Assembly (NCBI GenBank): GCA_038245785.1
Contig: JBBRSB010000001.1
Coordinates: 361,175 to 425,174, forward strand
DNA from: Gloeobacterales cyanobacterium
GTDB lineage: Bacteria; Cyanobacteriota; Cyanobacteriia; Gloeobacterales; PMM-0068
Reading direction: 5' to 3'
DNA: 64,000 bases
Position 1 is the stretch's first letter, and each line of letters opens with the position of its first letter. A program made the translations under genes and the position numbers. Positions 56,320 through 64,000 of this stretch are shown here, piece after piece. A model generated the notes under the pieces. The model was not told the origin of the DNA. It made no database searches and saw nothing but the letters and a program-made list of their open reading frames with translations.

Positions 56320-57089
56320 GATAAGGTCTGCAAGAAGTGGAATAGGGCTTTTTGGAAATGTTTGGGTTGTTCAATTTGGGGTAGATGCCCACACTGGTCT
56401 TTGATGACCAACTGGCTGTTCGGGATATGCTTGCGGAATTGTTCAGCCCAAGAAACAGGGATTAACCCGTCTTCTTTTCCCCAGTACAACAAAGTAGGGA
56501 TGTGAATTTTAGCAAGCTCTTCCAGACTAATTTTGCCTTCGGGTTTCATTCTTAGTAAAGCAGGAGCGGTGACCGTACCGAGCATCAGGTCTTGTAAAAC
56601 CTGAGGATCCAGGGCTTCTGGGTCATAGATAGCCGAACGCACAATCTGGTCGATGACGTTGAGCCCTCGGTCCAGACGCATCTTCGGCGGACGATCAATA
56701 ATGCCCTCCAATCCAGCACTGGCGACCAGAACTAAGGCTTTGACTTTTTTGGGATCGTGGAAGTAGGCCCTTAAGGCTACCCATCCCCCCAAGCTATGGC
56801 CAATCACAATAGCAGGCTCTTGCAGCCACTCTGAAAGATTGCGACCAATCCATCCGGGAGAAAGCTGCTCTGGCATCGCTGACTTTCCATGCCCTGGAAG
56901 ATCTAGGACCACTACCTGATATCCCTCTTCCGCTAAGACCTCAGCCGTTTGAGACCAATGACTGATGCCACCGCCCATGCCATGCAACATCACAACTAGC
57001 CCCTTAAATGGCCGCTCGCCTGCAGAGAGGGCAAAGATATTGACCCCTTGCCAAAGCAAAGATTGTTCCAAAAATCCAATCATGTACAA
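56316..57089 (-). CDS. Alpha/beta hydrolase
   Basis: LHGMGG, DLPGHG, GHSLGG, WGKED, CGHLPQIE. Confidence 0.9.
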   Translation of the reverse strand: MYMIGFLEQSLLWQGVNIFALSAGERPFKGLVVMLHGMGGGISHWSQTAEVLAEEGYQVVVLDLPGHGKSAMPEQLSPGWIGRNLSEWLQEPAIVIGHSLGGWVALRAYFHDPKKVKALVLVASAGLEGIIDRPPKMRLDRGLNVIDQIVRSAIYDPEALDPQVLQDLMLGTVTAPALLRMKPEGKISLEELAKIHIPTLLYWGKEDGLIPVSWAEQFRKHIPNSQLVIKDQCGHLPQIEQPKHFQKALFHFLQTLS

Positions 57090-57149
57090 AACAGGGAGCT
57101 AATTTACTTGTACCTTGTGATTGTTTATGGAGGGCAACAGATAAGAGAT

Positions 57150-58004
57150 TCAACTCACCCCGTACTTCTTAAACCATGCCTGCAATCGCTTGTCTCCATC
57201 GTCAGCCTGTTCTTTGCGATAGGTGGGGCGATAGTCCGCATGAAAACCGTGGGGCGTATTGGGATAGACCACGATTTCTGAAAGACTCCCGGCATCCTTG
57301 AGCGTTTTTTTCATCTGTTCAATGCTAGCGAGGGGAATGCTGTCATCACTGCCACCATAGAGACCGAGCACAGGCACTTTCAGAGAAGCAGCAATATCCA
57401 CGGGGTTTTTAGGCTTCAACTCGCTGGCTTCGCCTGTTAATGGACCATACCAGGCCACCGCTGCTCTGACCTTAGGATTGTGGTCGGCATACATCCAGAC
57501 GATCCGGCCTCCCCAGCAAAATCCGGTAATCCCCAGTTTGGTAATATCGCCTTTACTGAATTTTTTGGTCCACTCTACGGTCGCATCCAGGTCCGAGAGC
57601 ACTTGCGCATCAGGGACTTTGGCAACAACTTTAGTCAGGATTTCTTGGATGTCCGTCATCTTGGACACATCCCCTTGACGGGCATAGAGCGCTGGAGCAA
57701 TGGCCAAATAGCCTTGTTTAGCGAAGCGGCGACAAACATCTTTGATGTGTTCATGGACCCCGAAGATTTCCTGAACTACCAGGACCACGGGGAAAGGACC
57801 CCCTTTGGCTGGCATTGCTTGATAGGCTGGAATCTCACCATCGGCAACCGGAATTTTGACCTCGCCAACCGTTAACCCCTGGCTACTAGTAGTAATAGTC
57901 TTTGCCGAAATAGGCTGAGCGGCTAAGGCAAAACCTACAGCCAAGGTAGTCATCACAAAGGTTCTACGGTTAAATTCTGTTTTTCCTGGCAAGTTCTCGT
58001 TCAT
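57150..58004 (-). CDS. Dienelactone hydrolase family protein with Tat signal
   Basis: NRRTF Tat motif; [19 protein letters not shown]. Confidence 0.92.
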   Translation of the reverse strand: MNENLPGKTEFNRRTFVMTTLAVGFALAAQPISAKTITTSSQGLTVGEVKIPVADGEIPAYQAMPAKGGPFPVVLVVQEIFGVHEHIKDVCRRFAKQGYLAIAPALYARQGDVSKMTDIQEILTKVVAKVPDAQVLSDLDATVEWTKKFSKGDITKLGITGFCWGGRIVWMYADHNPKVRAAVAWYGPLTGEASELKPKNPVDIAASLKVPVLGLYGGSDDSIPLASIEQMKKTLKDAGSLSEIVVYPNTPHGFHADYRPTYRKEQADDGDKRLQAWFKKYGVS

Positions 58005-58113
58005 TTGGATACGGCTCTTTGGATCACATCATTCAGATTAGGTTATGAAGCCCAGCTTGACAAAGCTCCTAGGGCTAAGATTCATGGTAGAGCCCTCTCT
58101 CCGAAGAATTACT

Positions 58114-60099
58114 ATGTCCCAACCCTCTTCCCCAACTAAAAAGCCCAATCGGTTGGTCCATGAGGCCAGCTTATATCTACGCAAACATGCCTACAACCCG
58201 ATTAATTGGTATCCCTGGGGCGAAGAAGCGCTGAAGAGAGCGGCTGAGCTGGACCTTCCTGTTTTCTTAAGCGTTGGCTATAGCTCTTGCCACTGGTGCA
58301 CGGTGATGGAGAATGAGGCTTTCTCTGATCTGGCCATTGCCGACTTTATGAACGAACACTATGTGTCGATCAAAGTAGACCGGGAAGAACGTCCTGATTT
58401 AGACAGCATTTATATGCAATCTCTCCAACTGATGACCGGACAGGGAGGATGGCCGATGAATGTATTTCTGACACCGCAGGACCTGATTCCCTTTTATGGA
58501 GGGACTTATTTCCCTATAGAAGCGCGTTATGGCAGGCCGGCTTTTATGGAAATTCTGGACAGAATTCAAGAGTTCTACCACAGCGAGAAAGACAAGATCC
58601 AAACCCATAAGACTCAGCTCCTTAGCGCTTTGCAACAAGCGACCCATCTCGCCCCTATCACACAAATTGCTCCACAAACCCTGCGCTCTGGCTTAGAGCA
58701 ATGTCAGCGAATCCTCCAGCGGGGCGGGCCTGGCCCCAATTTCCCGATGATTCCCTATGCGGATCTAACCCTGCGAGCCAGCCGATTTACGGCCTGGGGA
58801 GATCTAGCCCAGGAGTCTCGTCAACGGGTGGAAGAAAGAGCTGAAGACCTCGTTTTAGGCGGGATCTTTGATCATGCTGGCGGTGGTTTCCATCGCTATA
58901 CCGTTGACGGAACTTGGACAGTGCCCCACTTTGAGAAAATGCTCTATGACAACGGGCAAATTCTAGAGTTCATCAGTGATCTCTGGCGAGCGGGCTATCA
59001 AGAACCTGCTATAGAACGGGCCGTTCAGAAAACTATCCAGTGGCTAGACCGGGAAATGACTAGCCCTCAAGGATACTTCTATGCCGCTCAGGATGCAGAT
59101 TCCGAAGGTGAAGAAGGCAAATATTACATATGGAGCTATTTAGAACTAGAACAAGCGCTGACTGCCGAAGAATTTAAATTGTTGACCGAACAGTTTGACA
59201 TTGCCCCTTCAGGAAATTTTGAAGGTCATATCGTCCTGCAACGTATGAATACAGGACCGTTCTCCGAAGTTTTAGAGAATGCTTTGGCTAAACTGCATGA
59301 CATCCGCATTAAGCGTATTCCGCCCGTAACCGATACCAAACTGATTGTGGCCTGGAATGCTTTACAGGTATCGGGTCTCGTCAAAGCAGGACTGGCCTTT
59401 AATCAATCGGATTATTTAACCCGCGCGGCTCGCTGTCTGGAATTCATGCTGGAGCATCTACAACCGGATGGTCGACTGCATCGGGTTTACTATGGCAGTG
59501 ACCAACCCACGACTGTACTAGCAAAATCAGAAGACTATGCGCTGCTGATTAAAGCCTTACTCGACCTATACGAAGCCACGCAGGAAACTCGTTGGCTAGA
59601 GCAAGCGCAAAGTCTACAGAACCAAATGGATGAATATCTCTGGGACTTGGAAGTGGGGGGATATTTCAACACCAGCAGCAGCGACAGTCAACATTTGATT
59701 CTGCGAGAAAAAGACTATCAAGATAACGCTACGCCCAGTGCTCATGGCATTGCCGTGCGCAATTTAGTCCGGCTGTTCTCTTTCACAGATGACCAGGATT
59801 ATCGAGAACGTGCGTACAGCATCCTTCTCCTCTTTGGGCAAGTCTTGCAAGAACTCCCCAGAGCTTGTCCCAGCCTCTTGAGTGGCTTAGATGAATATCT
59901 GCACCAGACTGTCCTGAAAGGCTCACAAGAAATCGGGAGTGAATTTTTACACCATTACTTGCCGAGTCTATCGTTTAAGAAAACTAACGATAATCACACC
60001 CTCGTTTGTCGTGGCCTTGAGTGTTTAACACTTGCGAATTCACCTCAGGAATTGCAGAAACAAATTCAGCAAAGTATTACTCGTGAGAGTGTTATCTAG
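58114..60099 (+). CDS. Thioredoxin-domain protein YyaL/SSP411 (DUF255)
   Basis: NRL...SLYLRKHA.NPINWYPWG, GYSSCHWC, KVDREERPD, GGWP, PHFEKMLYD. Start set at MSQP. Confidence 0.92.
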   Translation: MSQPSSPTKKPNRLVHEASLYLRKHAYNPINWYPWGEEALKRAAELDLPVFLSVGYSSCHWCTVMENEAFSDLAIADFMNEHYVSIKVDREERPDLDSIYMQSLQLMTGQGGWPMNVFLTPQDLIPFYGGTYFPIEARYGRPAFMEILDRIQEFYHSEKDKIQTHKTQLLSALQQATHLAPITQIAPQTLRSGLEQCQRILQRGGPGPNFPMIPYADLTLRASRFTAWGDLAQESRQRVEERAEDLVLGGIFDHAGGGFHRYTVDGTWTVPHFEKMLYDNGQILEFISDLWRAGYQEPAIERAVQKTIQWLDREMTSPQGYFYAAQDADSEGEEGKYYIWSYLELEQALTAEEFKLLTEQFDIAPSGNFEGHIVLQRMNTGPFSEVLENALAKLHDIRIKRIPPVTDTKLIVAWNALQVSGLVKAGLAFNQSDYLTRAARCLEFMLEHLQPDGRLHRVYYGSDQPTTVLAKSEDYALLIKALLDLYEATQETRWLEQAQSLQNQMDEYLWDLEVGGYFNTSSSDSQHLILREKDYQDNATPSAHGIAVRNLVRLFSFTDDQDYRERAYSILLLFGQVLQELPRACPSLLSGLDEYLHQTVLKGSQEIGSEFLHHYLPSLSFKKTNDNHTLVCRGLECLTLANSPQELQKQIQQSITRESVI

Positions 60100-60214
60100 T
60101 TTAATATTTTGAGGCTCAACCTCCAGGCTCATCAGCGAACGGGACCTAGTGGATATCAATTGACACAGGCAAGGAAAAGCATCCACAATAGAAGAAAGTT
60201 AGAATTTCTGACCT

Positions 60215-60511
60215 ATGACTTTTCCAGAAAGTGCGACCAGTAAAATTGGTAAAAAAGGTGTCGTGGTGATTCCAGCGCGGCTTCGGCGGCGGTATGGATT
60301 AGAAGAAGGGTCGCTTGTGATTACTGAAGAAACTGCTGAAGGGATTCTCATCCGTCCTGCAGTAGCCCTTCCCGTTGAGATTTATAGCCCTGAGCGTCAA
60401 GCCGAATTTCTCCTGTCTAACGCTACCAACGAGGAAGAATATGAGATGGCAAAGGCGGAGGTGATTGCTATGGGGCTAGATCCCGATCAAATTCAACACC
60501 ATAGACCCTAA
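60215..60511 (+). CDS. AbrB/MazE/SpoVT-family antitoxin
   Basis: KIGKKGVVVIPARLRRRYGLEEG...GILIRP. Confidence 0.88.
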   Translation: MTFPESATSKIGKKGVVVIPARLRRRYGLEEGSLVITEETAEGILIRPAVALPVEIYSPERQAEFLLSNATNEEEYEMAKAEVIAMGLDPDQIQHHRP

Positions 60512-60516
60512 ACACC

Positions 60517-60915
60517 ATGGAACGGGTCTTTCTTGATGCTAACGTCCTGTTCTCTGCTGGCTATAAAAGTACTAGACTCAGAATCCTCTGGACATTGCCG
60601 GATGTCATACTTTTGTCCTCCGATTACGCTGTTAGAGAAGCGGAACTAAATCTAAAACAGTTCCGACCCGAAGTAGTTGTGGCGCTAAAGGAACTGCTCA
60701 AGGGGGTTACGATATCCAGCTTTGCCCAGTTACCGCCTTTACCCGCTGATATCACCCTAGTGGAGAAAGATGCACCCATTCTTCAGGCTGCCATCGGAGT
60801 TCAGGCAACTCATCTCCTAACGGGGGATATAAAACACTTCGGCCCTCTGTTTGGGGTCACCATTCAAGGGGTGCTGATTCTCTCTCCCGCCAAATATCTA
60901 AAAGATAAGGAATAA
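60517..60915 (+). CDS. vapC: PIN-domain toxin
   Basis: VFLDANVLFSA, KDAPIL.AA, LLTGD..HF. Confidence 0.87.
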   Translation: MERVFLDANVLFSAGYKSTRLRILWTLPDVILLSSDYAVREAELNLKQFRPEVVVALKELLKGVTISSFAQLPPLPADITLVEKDAPILQAAIGVQATHLLTGDIKHFGPLFGVTIQGVLILSPAKYLKDKE

Positions 60916-60922
60916 AAATTCT

Positions 60923-62062
60923 ATGCGTAGAAACAGAATGCACATCGAAACGATTGCTATTCACGCAGGTCACAGCATAGACCCGATCACTGGAGCGGTA
61001 ACTCCTCCAATTCATCTATCTACGACCTTTGAACGGTCTGAAGAGGGTAGTTATCCCCACGGTTATGTCTATTCCCGCACAGGCAACCCCAATCGAGAAG
61101 CCTTAGAGCAATGTCTTAGCGCCCTGGAACGTGGCGCAGCAACCGCCGCTTTTGCTTCAGGTTCCGCTGCAACCATGAGTGTTTTCCAAGCTCTTTCTCC
61201 GAAAGACCATGTCTTAGCTCCAAAGGATGCTTATCATGGGACCGCCAAGCTCCTAACAGAGATCTTTATTCCCTGGGGACTCACCGTCACTTTTGTCGAT
61301 ATGACCAACCTCAGTCAAGTGCAAGAAGCACTCCAGCCCAATACCAAACTGATTTGGACCGAAACCCCTTCCAATCCGCTTTTGAAAATCACAGATATCA
61401 CCCAAATCGCGAACTTGGCCCATTCCGTAGGAGCCCTGTGCGTCACGGACAATACCTGGGCAACCCCTGTCTTGCAACGGCCGCTTGAGCAGGGTGTAGA
61501 CCTTATCCTTCACGCCACCACTAAATATTTAGGCGGTCATAGTGATGTTTTAGGAGGAGCTGTCGTTTCCAAAGAGAAAGATGCTTTCTTTCAAAAAATC
61601 AGAACCATACAGCAAACCGGAGGTGCCGTCCCTTCGCCTTTTGACTGTTGGCTGACGCTGAGAGGGATTCGCACGCTGCCTTATCGAATGCGTGGCCAGT
61701 CAGAAAACGCCCTCAAGATAGCCCAGTTTCTAGACCAGCATCCTGCCGTTGAAAAAGTTTATTACCCAGGATTGGAGCATGATCCAGACCATGACCTTGC
61801 AAAGCGACAGATGAAGCTTTTTGGCGGCATGCTTTCTTTTCAAGTCGCCGGAGGTCAGGACCGAGCGATGGCAGTTTGTTCCAAAGTAAAATTATTTACC
61901 CGTGCAACCAGTCTCGGCGGCACCGAAAGTTTAATCGAACATCGTGCTTCTATAGAAGGGCCCAAAACACAAACTCCAGACAATTTGCTGCGCGCATCCA
62001 TTGGTCTGGAACATATTGATGATTTGATTGAAGATCTGATGCAGGCTTTAGAAGCTTCTTAG
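60923..62062 (+). CDS. metB: Cystathionine gamma-synthase/lyase family PLP enzyme
   Basis: YSRTGNP, FASGSAA, ETPSNP, DNTW, TKYLGGHSD, SLGGTESL. The exact substrate (MetB vs MetC/CGL) cannot be resolved. Confidence 0.8.
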   Translation: MRRNRMHIETIAIHAGHSIDPITGAVTPPIHLSTTFERSEEGSYPHGYVYSRTGNPNREALEQCLSALERGAATAAFASGSAATMSVFQALSPKDHVLAPKDAYHGTAKLLTEIFIPWGLTVTFVDMTNLSQVQEALQPNTKLIWTETPSNPLLKITDITQIANLAHSVGALCVTDNTWATPVLQRPLEQGVDLILHATTKYLGGHSDVLGGAVVSKEKDAFFQKIRTIQQTGGAVPSPFDCWLTLRGIRTLPYRMRGQSENALKIAQFLDQHPAVEKVYYPGLEHDPDHDLAKRQMKLFGGMLSFQVAGGQDRAMAVCSKVKLFTRATSLGGTESLIEHRASIEGPKTQTPDNLLRASIGLEHIDDLIEDLMQALEAS

Positions 62063-62212
62063 TGTTTTAGTGCGTCCAAAGTACAAAAGTACAAAAGAAG
62101 AACTTGTGGAGGGTATGCTCAGTAGAGAAGGGTTCGCTGCACAATGAAACTATTAACCAACAACGCTGAGGAGCTTCGGGGCTACTTATACTTAATAGCC
62201 TAGGAGGGCACC

Positions 62213-63445
62213 GTGGGCCTAACGCTTTTACATTATCTTTTACCACCGATTGTCGGGTCGGCCATTGGTTTTACCTCGGACCAAATTGCCATTCGCATGC
62301 TTTTTCGGCCCTACAAACCGCTCTATCTGTTTGGGCGTCAGCTACCACTAACGCCTGGTCTTTTCCCAAAAGGGCAGGTGCGCTTTGCGGGTAAAGTTGC
62401 CCAAATGATGACCGATAAGCTGCTGACTCCCGAAGAGATCCAGCGTATCGCCCAGCGTCTACTGACGCCTGAAAGGCTGGAGGAAGGACTGCGCTTTACT
62501 TTGCTCTATATTCTGGGCGAGTATAGCGACCCCCGTCGTCGTGCTCGTCTGTCTGTTTCCTTGGGAGATATTCTCAAGCAAGTCTTTAGTGCGTCGTTGC
62601 CTCAGTGGATTGAACAGCTAGGCCGTTCCGCCACCCTTGAAAAATGGCTGGAACAACTTTTTGATCAGGTGATTTTGGGTTTAGCCATCAATCCAGCCCA
62701 AGCAGGCAGCATCGCGCAGTGGATTGAGCAGAATCTTTTTACGCCAGAACGAGTGCGTCAAGCGCTGGTTAACGTTCTTACCCCTCAGACTTTAGAAGCG
62801 CTTGACCGGGAAGCTCGTGAGCGGAGCAAGGGAGGACTTTGGGTGGTGGCTAACTTGATTGGCCTGAAAGACCCTCTTGTTCGCTTGAAAACTTTTTGCC
62901 TGGAACGCCCGGAAGCTGCCGATGAACTTTTTGGCCGCTTCTTAGTGGAAGTGGGAGTTCATGAACGCCTGGTTGCCGCCCTTACTGACCTGAGTATTCG
63001 AAATTTTTCGGCGGTCACCATCCAAAGTTTGCGCCGCCAGTTTGTCGGTAGTATCATCCAATCGCTAGAAGTCCAAGGGCCAGTCCTCAGTCAACGGATT
63101 GGAGAATCTATTGACTGGAATCGCTGGGCTGCTGCTGTACTGGATCGGATTACTGGTTCTGAGCAAACCCTAGAGTGGATTGACAGCCTGGCGAAGGGCA
63201 CCAGCGGTATTCTGAATATCTATTTGGCCCGTGAGTTAGAACCACTTGTGGTTAAATTCTTACCTTCTCTAGGCTTAGAAGAATTAGTAGTCAAGAAGAT
63301 TTGCGCCACTTCAGCCCAGGAACTAGAAGAAGCGATCCAGCAAGTAGCACGCAATGAACTGAAAGCGATTCCTTATGTGGGCATGACGCTTGGATTCTGC
63401 GTCGGTCTTTTTGAAGTTTTGCTGGTAACTTTCCTGCCCAGCTAA
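62213..63445 (+). CDS. DUF445 family membrane protein
   Basis: [12 protein letters not shown]...TPGLFPK; C-terminal [17 protein letters not shown]...G..LGF.VG. Confidence 0.88.
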   Translation: MGLTLLHYLLPPIVGSAIGFTSDQIAIRMLFRPYKPLYLFGRQLPLTPGLFPKGQVRFAGKVAQMMTDKLLTPEEIQRIAQRLLTPERLEEGLRFTLLYILGEYSDPRRRARLSVSLGDILKQVFSASLPQWIEQLGRSATLEKWLEQLFDQVILGLAINPAQAGSIAQWIEQNLFTPERVRQALVNVLTPQTLEALDREARERSKGGLWVVANLIGLKDPLVRLKTFCLERPEAADELFGRFLVEVGVHERLVAALTDLSIRNFSAVTIQSLRRQFVGSIIQSLEVQGPVLSQRIGESIDWNRWAAAVLDRITGSEQTLEWIDSLAKGTSGILNIYLARELEPLVVKFLPSLGLEELVVKKICATSAQELEEAIQQVARNELKAIPYVGMTLGFCVGLFEVLLVTFLPS

Positions 63446-63897
63446 GGGCCAAAATTTACTTCGCCCATAAGAATTCTCTTGGTCATAAGAATTACTTTGG
63501 ACGTGAGTCAGATGACCTTCATCGAGATGTCATAACGGCAACATATCGAACCCTCATAGTTTAAATAGATAGAACGTATCTCGGATGGCTTCATGAAATA
63601 TCTGAATGTCGTGAGATTTCTATTTCTTAGCTTTGTCACCCTAGTGGTCTTCAATAAGCTCGTGGTCTTCAATAAGCTCATGGAAAACACCAGTGCGGCT
63701 CAAGCAGACCCTAAACTCTTAGCCGATGAAGAGATCTCTATGCCAAGATTGGTGAGCAATTCCAGTGTGAGAAGGAGCCTATTCTGCTTATTGGAGAGTA
63801 GTTGAAAGATCTATAAGACTTTGTATGAATCGACTTTTGCCCCCCTTCCTCTCAAAGTTGGGCAGGGCTGATTCATTCTTGGAAAGGCTGTAATCCA

Positions 63898-63963
63898 ACC
63901 CCTCAGGCCCTTGCGGGCCAGCTCCCCACCCTGCGGGAAGGCTTCGCCTAGGGAGGGGAGCCT
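63898..63963 (+). repeat. Double-hairpin dispersed repeat, copy 6 (with nested insert)
   Basis: ACCCCTCAGGCCCTTGCGGGCCAGCTCCCC[ACCCTGCGGGAAGGCTTCGCC]TAGGGAGGGGAGCCT. Confidence 0.85.
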
Positions 63964-64000
63964 TTGCTGCAAAGAGGCTCAAGCTTATGACATGCACCGC

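Noticed and set aside
24421..63963. CRISPR array from the recurring palindromic repeats
   Set aside because: Copies are dispersed or inverted, not regularly spaced direct repeats; no cas genes.
63788..63997. 69-aa ORF, and likewise 28233..28415
   Set aside because: Both are translations through the palindromic repeat.

Overview
Chromosomal window from a cyanobacterium (pipX, pipY-sepF-proC, Uma2, DevBCA-type exporter, group-2-like sigma factor). The scarcity of HIP1 sites in core genes and a thermosome-like chaperonin suggest an early-branching lineage such as Gloeobacterales, which is inference only. Housekeeping genes (mrdA partial, pheS, aroG-type DAHP synthase, hisS, recR, ilvC, uvrB, folB, trmD, wecB, proC, tilS, tRNA-Met) alternate with small accessory islands rich in toxin-antitoxin genes and pseudogenes. 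The main hit is a two-gene unit at 38203-41279 inside a defence/TA island. A 154-aa Bell/HeLo-like helical protein ends in two pseudo-repeats, and the adjacent 868-aa protein (degenerate P-loop, helical repeats, C-terminal TM helix) begins with a third copy of the same 22-aa motif (10/22 identical to repeat 2). This is the HET-s/NWD2 (BASS-type) amyloid-signalling architecture. Other highlights: an unannotated 57-aa putative antitoxin coupled to a GNAT toxin, a decaying co-oriented TA array with integron-like core sites, a four-gene RHH-GNAT operon, an orphan phage Gp3/RDF-like gene, an SRAP-like protein, and a six-copy double-hairpin repeat with covariation and nesting. All calls are by eye, without database searches.
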